DNA of 64,000 nt from Salpingoeca rosetta (lineage: Eukaryota > Protista > Choanoflagellata). The stretch spans positions 1,796,187 through 1,860,186 of the forward strand of contig JAWQFM010000010.1 of NCBI GenBank assembly GCA_033442325.1, read 5' to 3'. A program made the translations under genes and the position numbers. The notes beneath the pieces are model-generated. The model did no database searches. It saw only the letters and a program-made list of their open reading frames with translations, and was not told the origin of the DNA. The first letter of the stretch is position 1; each line of letters begins with the position of its first letter. This document shows positions 27,216-45,100 of this stretch, one piece after another.

Positions 27216-27431
27216 GACACGTGTCCTGCATGTGCGAGTGTGTCTGTGTCGCTGGCATACGCGCATGCGTGTGCGTGTACGTGTCAACTCACACCGCCAG
27301 CTCGTCAGTGTTTGTGGCGTGTTCTTGCTCTCCATCATGTTGTCGTTCCAACAACATGCTTGTGTGTGTGTGTGAGTGAGTGAGTGTGTGTGTGTGAGTG
27401 AGTGTGTGTGTGTGAGTGAGTGTGTGAGTGA

Positions 27432-27468
<37 letters not shown>

Positions 27469-27549
27469 TGAGTGAGTGTGGCTTCTTTGCAAAGGGGTTT
27501 CTTGTGGGTTTCTTTTTTGTAATTGCATTGCAGTACGCGTGCGTGTCTG

Positions 27550-33713
<6,164 letters not shown>

Positions 33714-34036
33714 CGTCGCTGTGGTTTGTGGTTGCTGTTGTTGTGGTTCGTTTGTGCGTGTCCGGATGACCTGATGTGTGTGATGTGAGATATGACCCTT
33801 CCGTGCAATTCTCCGATTCCTCGGCGCCACGCTGCGCATTATGCCCCCATATCGTGCATATCCACCACATGTGTGTCGTGGCCCGCCTTTTTTTTGCCTT
33901 CTTCTTTCTCTTGTCGCCGACCACGCGTGCTGTTGCTCTCATTTCCCGCTTCTTGTTCCTCTTGTCGCGTGTGCGTGTGTGTTTTTGTTTGCAGGTGAAC
34001 GTTTGTTTGTTCGATCCCCACAACTAACCCCCCAAG

Positions 34037-36932
34037 ATGAGTGAGGCAGCCGTCGTGATTGTGAAGCAGCCCGACAGCGAAGAGCTTGTCGAGGTCCCCG
34101 TGGACCAGGTGTGTGTGAGGGGTGTGCGTGCGTGTGTGTGTGTGTGTGTGTGTGAGGGGTGTTGGTGGAGTAATGAGAACGATACGGAGTTTGCTGTCTG
34201 TCACACACGAAGCATGACACGTGGTCAGATGATGATGTGTGTGTGTGCGTGTGTGCGATCGGAGATCAACACGTCTCTGTGGATGCCCCCCCCACCATGT
34301 TCCCTGCTGGCGTACTCTTTTTCTTTCAAGCAAGCCATGTTTTTTTCTTTCCCACTTCAATCATCTCACTACCGCCGCCATCACCATCACGATCACGACG
34401 ATCATCATCTTGCTTGCTTGTTCGTTTTGTAGGATGGTTCCCTTCCTGTGGCCACGTTGGACTCGCAGTTTGCTGGTGCCACGGGTCTCAAGTTCAAGAA
34501 CCCCGCCACGGGCGCGTACCGCGCCATCCGCGTCGAAGACGGGAAGTTGCTCCCGCCAAACCCTGAGGAGGGCTGGGGCACTACCGTCTACGAGGTCGTC
34601 GTTTCCGGTGAGTTGCAACAGCACAAGCGAAACGCCTCGTGTGATGATGTGTGTGTGTGTTGTGTTGTGTTGTGTGTTGTGTTTGCTTGCTCTATCTCTG
34701 TGCTGGCTCCAATCAATTCCCTCGTCCCTCTGTCTTCTGTTCTGGCCATGCCACCACCACCCGGCATTTCACCATGTTTCCACATATATTTCCTCCTCGC
34801 TCACCATCACGTGTGCACGCACTTTTTGTCCACCACCCTCAAACACATCAACCATCACCACCTTGTCACAGAAACAAGTAAGCGGCGTGCGGAGGAGGAG
34901 GAGCAGCCAAATAAGCGAGCGGCTGTCCGAGGGGATGAAGGTGATGATGGCCCCGAAGATGGAGAAGAGCGTTACGATCCACGCAAGCGTGACCGGACCG
35001 ATGTCCCCTCAGGCGTTGCTTCTCAGCAGGAAGGCCGTCCCGCCGCAGAGGAAGGACAGCAGCCCGCCGGTGGCCGCACCTGCTACAAATGTGGCGGTGA
35101 GTCTCCTACTCTTGTGTGTGTCTGTATGTATGTATGTATGTTTGTATGTATGTGCATGTGTGAATGTATGCATGTATGTGCATGTGTGCGTGCGTATGTA
35201 TGCATGTATGTGCATGTGTGCGTGCGTATGTATGTATGCATGTGCATGTGTGTGTGCGTGCGTGTGTGCGGACCCACTTGAAGCATGCCTTGGCACAGTT
35301 GCTCCCAAAGTTTCTGTACACGTGCGCACACAACTCACTCCCTTTCTCGCCCGCCTTCCTTGTCATCCTCGCCCCCCCCTTCCTTGTCTTTTTCGCGCTT
35401 TCTTTATCTTTAGGCCAGGGCCACATTGCCGTGATGTGCCCATCACCGGAGGGTGCCAAGGACAGCCCAAGCGAGTCTGAGTGCCACCTCTGCCACGGAA
35501 AGGGCCACTTCCAGGCCCGTTGCCCCAACACCGTCCCACGCAATGTGTGCTGGAAGTGCGGCATGTACGGCCACATTGGCAGGTGCGTTTCAAGCTACTT
35601 ATTTTTTGTTTGGGGTCCTGTTGCCTTCATGCGATACACGAACAGACGTTTCATCCACCCACCCATGCGTGCAAACGAAACAAACAACACCAACAGCACA
35701 CAACAAGAAGACCGAGAACAAAACCACTCTACAAACACGCACACTTCAACTTTGAGAGCAATGTGACAATGGCGTGCGCGTGTGTATGTGGTGTCCGTGT
35801 GTAGGGAGTGCGGCGGCGGCATGGGGTATGCAGGTTAGAGTGCAGAATCAACACACACATACCAAACACATGACAGCAAGCCTGTGTTGCTTGCACGTGT
35901 TTTCGGGCTGTCGTGATGGGAAGAGAAGGAGAGCTTTCACCCCACACAACCAGAAGGGGGTGTTTTCTGTCTGGTGTTGATCCTTTTGTTTTCCCTTTGT
36001 TGTGTTTGGATGGTTGACAACAACCCAACCGCTTTGTCTTTCTCTCTCTCTCTCTTTTTTTGTTGTGGCCGTGCGGTGCTGCTGCTGCGTGTGCGCTGGC
36101 TTACGCTGCCCCTGCTTCTGCTGTTTGTTGTCTCCTTGCTGTGACAGATCCTTATGCACCCCACGACCCCTACGGCCGTCCCCCATACTACGGCGGCGGC
36201 GGCGGCTTCGACCGTACCTGCTATGTGTGAGTACAGTGATGTATTTGCTTTGCGCGAAGACAGCACCGTTTACGCGGACCGTGTCTGCCGCGCGCGCGTG
36301 TGTGTTGAAATGTTGGCTGCGGGTCATCCATGTTGGCTGCGAGTCAAAATCGCCGACCCAAGCTGTTTCTTGTTTGCCAATTCCTTTGGCGTCTGCGTGT
36401 GTATGCATGTGTGTATGTGTACGAGTGCGTCTGTGTTTCTTCTCCTCCGAGCCCTTCCTCTTCCCCTCCGCCTCTTCTTTCCGTCCCCCCCCCCATCTCC
36501 CCTCCACCTCCCACGCATATTCTTAGCAGTACCCGTCTTCGTTTATTAGTCAAGCTGGGTACCTCCTGATATATGCAAGATTAACACTGGCAGTAGTTTG
36601 AGGAGCTGTGAGCTTCGTTCAGTGCTTACAATTCTATAGGTTATCTGCCGAAATTTCCTTCTCTCTTCCTTTTCTTCTCCTTTTCCCCCCTGCCATCTTT
36701 CGTTCTTACTACCTTTCTCCCCTCAATTTCTCCCCCCGCCAAGCTTTGCAAATACGAACTCATTGTTGTTCTATTCTAACCCATGTCTATGTCACACTGT
36801 TGGTGTGCTTGTGTTGTGCGTTTTGTCATTATTCAGGTGCGGTGAGCGCGGTCACCTCGCTGCCCGCTGCCCTCGCTCCACTTACAACGGCGAGAAGCTG
36901 TGCCACGTCTGCCGCAAGCCCGTAAGTGTGCA

Positions 36933-37003
<71 letters not shown>

Positions 37004-37398
37004 CTTCTACTGTGTTTCTCAGCTCGTGCCACTCGCTCATAGTTTGCGAATGCTTTCAATTCTCACTCGCCCTTGTTGCCGTGCGTTGTTGTTATCCTTC
37101 CTCTTCCTTCCCTCATGCACTAAATGTGCACGCTGCGTGTACGTTACAGGGCCACATTGCCCGTGACTGCAAGCTGTGCCGCATCTGCCTCGGTGAGGGT
37201 CACCGCTCGTACGACTGCCCGCACCGCGGCACCCACGGCGGCCACCACGGCGGCCATCACGGCGGTCATCACGGCGACTACTCTGGCGCCCCTGCCCGCG
37301 CATCTCCCGGCCAGCAGGGCTATGGCCAGGACCCCTACGGCTACTCGGCTTCGTCGTACTCGTACGGCCAGCCGCCCATGCCATCAGAGTACCAGTAG
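34037..37398 (+). CDS. TDP-43-type N-terminal domain + bipartite NLS + six CCHC zinc knuckles + G/H/Y/S/Q-rich tail
   Basis: Exons 34037-34108, 34433-34607, 34872-35096, 35414-35582, 35805-35833, 36148-36226, 36837-36921, 37150-37398 join in frame at GT-AG sites. N-terminus EELVEVPVDQDGSLPVATLDSQFAGATGLKFKNPATGAYRAIRVEDGKLLPPNPEEGWGTTVY aligns by eye with human TDP-43 residues ~13-73. Six C-x2-C-x4-H-x4-C motifs. Confidence 0.85.
36515..36633 (+). ncRNA. Putative intronic box H/ACA snoRNA
   Basis: Hairpin 1: GCATAT(36515-20)/ATATGC(36571-76) and GTACCC(36529-34)/GGGTAC(36557-62) flanking an 8x8 internal loop. H box AGATTA at 36578-83. Hairpin 2: CACTG/CAGTG and GGAGCT/AGCTTC. ACA at 36628-30 plus 3 nt. 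Sense strand of host intron. Confidence 0.65.
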
Positions 37399-38310
37399 GC
37401 TGATTCATTGATGACACGCGCCCCCCTTTTTTTGTTCTCCCCTCTTTCTTCCCCAAGCAGACCCTTTGCCGCCTGTCTTGTAAGCAGAAGATGAGTGCGA
37501 GTTGAGAGAGGACGAGAGGATGAGGAGGAACCGAGCTGTAAGTGAACGAGGGGTGGTGTGAAGCGATGCGACGGTGGTGGTCGAGATGATGGAAGCAAGC
37601 GCGGCTGTTCACTGCCACGATGAAGATGGCGATGGAGACGGTGATGTGGATGTCGTTGCTATTGTTCGAGTTCATCTGTCTGTGTGTTTGTGTGCGTGTG
37701 TGTGTGGAGTGGACGTTGACATGGTGTGGGTGTCCTTTTCTGTTTAAGTGCCCCCTTTCCCCCTCCTTCCCCCCTTTGCTGTTGTGGAGTGATTGTGATT
37801 TGACCTGAGAGCGCGCCTCGCCACTCAAGCCGCCCGTGCAACGTTTTGTTTGTTCTCTTTTGCTTGCCGGGCTTGGCCTTTGGCCTTTGGTTCCCAGCGC
37901 CCCGTGTACGTGTGCGTCATTTTGTGTGCTGGTCGCTGTTTGAGTTTTGTGTTGCTCTTGTCGACTCGAAGTGCTTGCTTGTCTTTCTCGTGAGGCTGCG
38001 GGTTCTTCGCAAGTGAGGCGTGAGAGAGTTACTTGTGTGTACGTATCCAACAACAGCGCAACAACAGCCCTTAGTCCCTGTGTTGTGCATATCGTTTCAT
38101 TCATCACAAATACAACGCATGTCAACAAATGGGCATCAAGTCAGTGCAATGAAGGAGGCAAAGCGTAGTTCCGAAGCAGGGCTTATGTCAACTCAAAGTA
38201 TGGCTGCCAACACAGCAAGGCTCATGTCAACTCAAAGCAGCAAAAACACCCGCAATGCCCGCGACACTCTGCGAGCGCGATAGTGCGTAATCATGTCATG
38301 TCATGCCACG

Positions 38311-39896
<1,586 letters not shown>

Positions 39897-40458
39897 TGCT
39901 TGTTCACTTCTTCAGGTTCACCGCGATTGTGGACGATTTGTGAATGGTTTCTAATAAAAATCGGACGCCAACCGGAGCCTGGTGACTGGCGACGATGCAC
40001 AGGCACCCCCACAGCAACCGCGGCACTGCCACCACAACCACCTAACCAAGCCACAAGATGCGAAGAACCAAAGCAAGCAAGCGGGAAGAAACTTGGGCAG
40101 CCAGCAGCGCTGCTGCGGCTTGCTTCGGCCAAGCCACCTTTTTTAACGCTCTCCACATTCACACAAGGGCAGCGTTTGCTCTCTGAGTGGCGAAGGAGAT
40201 CAAGCGCACGCAGCCACTCAGCTCTTCTACTCATCGCCGCTGCGTCAGTGAAAACCACACCCGGCATTCACATCACGCACACACGCTGTTCGCGCACACG
40301 CAAAGCACTCGCTGTTTGCGTGCACCCTGCTCGCTCACCGTCACAGCAACAAGAGCACCAGCAACGCCAGCAGCACAAGTCTGCATCTGAGGCCGAAGCA
40401 ATACCAACAGCCACACACCTCTCTGGCTGGCTGTGTCCGAACGCAAGCCGATTCAACC

Positions 40459-41525
40459 ATGAGGGTGTCGGTTTTGCGGGTGCTGAGGCATAGCTGTGCC
40501 ACACTCTTCTTGATCGCGCTGCTTTCGTTTGCGCCCCCAACACCCACGCATGCTCAAACCCAAGGTACATGCGTGTTCGTATGTGTGTGTGTGTGTGTGC
40601 GTGTGTGCGAGTGTGTATGTGTTTGTGTGTGTGTGCATGGATGTGTGTTTAGACGTACGCGCACGCGTGCGTGTGTGTGTTTGTGTTTGTTTGTGTGTGT
40701 GCATGTATTGAGCACGCGTGCTTGTTCACGGCCTGACTGATGTCCATGGGTTGTGTTCATCCCTTTGACCAAGCACTTGCTGGCTTGGCATCTCTTTGTG
40801 ATGAGTTTGCTCACAACATGTCCCTGCGATTGCGCCTTTCCATTTCTCCTTTGCCAAGGCTGTGTGGAGGATGTCGATGTCGTATTTATTGTCGACGTCA
40901 CCCCAGCGGCAGCTACTACAGACCTCAAGGCCGCCGTTTCAGCATCTGTTCAACACATCTTTGCACAGTTTTCGTCCGCCAGGTCCGCGTCGACCGCACA
41001 GCGTCGTGTGTGTGTGTATGCGTGTGTGCGTTTTTGTCTGTGTATGCCTGTGTGTATGCCTGTGTGATGCCTGTGCGTCGTGTGTGTGTATGTATGTATA
41101 TTTGTGTTTGTGCCTGTGTGTGTGCCTGTGTATGCCTGTGCGTGTTTTGTGTTTTCGTGCTCGCAGTGCCATTAGCTGTAAATACCCGGCCAGCTCACGC
41201 CACACGCGTAACATACGTATGTGTACCTGTTTTTGTGTGCATTCCAACAGGATATCCATTGCTCCAGTCTCTGACAAAGGGTATGTGCAGCTGCCTCTGG
41301 CCATGGGCGCATCCGCATCCAGCGTGCTGGCTGCCGTGGATCGACTTGACCCGTTCGGCACATCTTTCAGACCAAGTGCGTGCATATGCCCAACAGTGAG
41401 AGCAATGATGCAGAATAGTGGAGACGGAGGCTCAACGAAGGTGGCGAGGAACCTTTGTTGTGTCATGGCCCACATGAGCTGCTGCATGTGTGTAGCGTCC
41501 ACGTCAACGCACATCCTCATGTTCA

Positions 41526-41593
<68 letters not shown>

Positions 41594-42048
41594 GCGAAGC
41601 GTTGGATCTGGCACGCGAGCACTTGCAGCTGTACGGGCGCACCTCTGCTGCCCATGCTGTAGTGGCGTTTGCTGCCTCTGCTGTCAGCGATTCTTATGGT
41701 GCCGTGTACGCGGCGCGCTCCGACCTGACGGATGCGGACGTGTCCTTCACATCTGTTGCTTATCTGATCAGCACCAGCAGTCTTGGCGGCCTCTACACGC
41801 CCACGTCCATCACCGTACGCTGCTCACAGTGGCCTTTGTGTGTGTGTATGTGTGTGTATGTGTGTGTGTGTATGTGTATGTGTGTGTATGTGAATGTGTG
41901 AAAGGGTGAGAGGATGAAAGCGCAAGTGCGAGAGCAACAGGAATCGTGCACGTGATTTCGTTTGTGCTCGGTCTGCTGACGTGTTGCGTGTTCAACAGCA
42001 GCACTGCTCGATACACCTTCTTTACTCACATACGACAACTCACACAAT

Positions 42049-42120
<72 letters not shown>

Positions 42121-45100
42121 ACCACCACCACCACCACCACCACACTCCGCAACCACAATACTCTACGACACAACAGCTTGGTTCGTCGTCGTGGCCTGCG
42201 TCGGCGTTGCAGCAAGTGACCACCGCCGTCAGCTGCCCCCCGGTCCGCCTCAAGCCCTGCCCACCGGCCCAGGTCCACGTCGGCCTCACTTGCACCTACC
42301 TGCAGGAGGTGGCGATTGTCATCACCTCGGGGCCGCGCACTGCCAGCCTGCAGCAGCAGCTCGCCTTCACCGCCGCCATCACCAACCAGCTCCTCTCGGC
42401 ACCCGGCACCCGCGTGGCCGTGTTCGCTGCCACCGCCCAAGGCCATGTCGCTCTTCACGATTTCACACATGAGCAGACACAGGCCGCTGTCACGTCCGCA
42501 CTGGATGCAGCGGCGGCGCAACTTGTCGTGTCGTCTGCGCGTATCGACCTTGCCGGCGCGTTCACGGCTGTGCATGCGAGTATTGCTACCATCGGCGCCA
42601 GTGACGCGCGTGTGCTGTATGTTGCGTCTGCGGCCGTGTCTGATGTTGAAGGCGCCATCGCCGCCGCCACAGCACTCCGCCAAGCCGCGCGCGTGCATGG
42701 CGTGTACGTTGGCAAACCAACCAACCCGCCACTGCTACTCGACGTGGTGTCGCTGCCTGTTGCCTTCACGGGCTTGCAGCTTTCCACGTTTGCAGCGCTC
42801 GAAGCAGCATCGACCATTAGCCAAGCAGCGACACACGTCCTCTCCGACACACCGCCAACCACTACCACCACGACCACGACCACGACCACGACCACAATGA
42901 CGAGGTCGACGGAAGAGGTCACGTCGACGGAAGAGTTCACGTCGACGGAAGAGTTCACGTCGACGGCTGAAGTGACAACGACGGGTACGACCAGCGATGG
43001 CAGCGGGTCAAGCGCGTCATCATCATGGTCCACACCAGTGGTCAGCACATCCACCTCGACCATTGCAACCACGACAACGAGTGCAGCATCGACGATGGAA
43101 GATGGAAGCGGTACAACGACAACGGCAACGACAACAACGACAACGATGACGATGACAGAGACGACGACAGCTACAACATCCTCTGCCGCGACAACGGAAG
43201 AGGGAAGTGGTGCGTCCACAACAGCAGCATCCACAACAATGTCGGTGACCACGTCGACAAATGCTGGAGAGGAAAGTGGATATACATCAGCGTACACATC
43301 GTCGTCATCGTCCACAACCACCAGCACGGCATCATCGTTCACACCTACCACAACGACGACAAGCACCAGCACAAGCGAGGAGGGGAGTGGCATGACGAGC
43401 ACATCAACCACAACATCGACCTCAACGGACGACGGCAGCAGTGGTGACTCAAGCACATCGTCCACCTCGACATCAACCACACACACGTCCACATCGTCGT
43501 CCACATCGACCTCAAGCACATCATCCACGTCCACGTCCACCTCGACATCAACCACACACACGTCCACATCGTCGTCCACATCGACCTCAAGCACATCATC
43601 CACGTCCACGTCCACCTCAACATCGACCACACACACGTCCACATCGTCGTCCACATCGACCTCAAGCACATCATCCACGTCCACGTCCACCTCAACATCG
43701 ACCACAACATCGACCATTGCGTGGAATGCGGTTGGGCTGCGGGAGTATGGGGTGTTCACGGCGACCGCGTCGTTCTCGGATGCACGGGCCGTGTGCGGAC
43801 TGAACGAGGGCCGTCTTGTCGTTGTGTCGGCGAGTGAGATGCTTGGGGCGGTTGAGATGGCTGTGCAGGAGGCCATTGGCACTGGTTCGTCATCCATGTG
43901 GGAGGCGTGGCTTGGAGCTGAGTTTGTGAGCGGGGAGGGTGTTGTGTGGCGGGACGATGCTGACGGAGAAGGGCTGACGGGAGATGAGCTTCCGTTTTCG
44001 CAGCCCCTTCCGCAGAAGCCGACGCGTGGGCTATGCGTTGCGCTTGCAGCTGACGGGAGCGTGGTGCTTCGGTCGTGCGAGCTTGAGCTTGTGTTTGTGT
44101 GTGAGCGCGAGCTGTTCACGAGCACATCAAGCAGCACATCAAGCAGCACGTCCACATCGACCTCAAGCACATCATCCACGTCCACGTCCACCTCGACATC
44201 GACCACACACACGTCCACATCGTCGTCCACATCGACCTCAAGCACATCATCCACGTCCACGTCCACCTCGACATCGACCACACACACGTCCACATCGTCG
44301 TCCACATCGACCTCAAGCACATCGTCCACGTCCACGTCCACCTCGACATCGACCACACACACGTCCACATCGTCGTCCACATCGACCTCAAGCACATCAT
44401 CCACATCCACGTCCACCTCGACATCGACCACACACACGTCCACATCGTCGTCCACATCGACCTCAAGCACATCATCCACGTCCACGTCCACCTCGACATC
44501 GACCACACACACGTCCACATCGTCGTCCACATCGACCTCAAGCACATCATCCACATCCACGTCCACCTCGACATCAACCACACACACGTCCACATCGTCG
44601 TCCACTGTCACAGCCGTCCCCACAACTGCAACCACAACATCGACCTCAACGGACGACGGCAGCAGTGGTGGCTCAAGCACATCGTCCACTTTGACCACCA
44701 TCACCTCAACCACGACAACGACGACCACCATCACCAGCACGATGAGCGAGGAGAGTGGCATGTCATCCTCATCAGCAACAACCACCACAACCACCACGAG
44801 CACAGCAACAGACACGAGCGACGGCAGTGGAGATGAGTCGTCAACATCAACGCCAACGCCATTCACCAGCACGAGCACGGCCACATCAACGCCAGACGAG
44901 AGTAGTGGCGACACCACCACCACCACCACCACCACCACCACAACAACAACAACAACAACAACAACAACCACAAGCGCGATGACGACGGTGTCGACGAGCT
45001 GGAGTGGTGACATGAGTGGCCTTCTGCCGAGCTCAACATCGACGTCAACGTCAACGTCAACATCGATGTCAACATCGACGTCAACATCAGAGCCGAGCAC

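Noticed and set aside
35080-37225. CCHC knuckles as retrotransposon Gag nucleocapsid
   Set aside because: Spread over spliced exons, with no protease/RT/integrase or LTRs nearby.
43455-44605. Regularly spaced repeats as a possible CRISPR array
   Set aside because: Tandem coding repeats without unique spacers, eukaryotic context, no cas genes.
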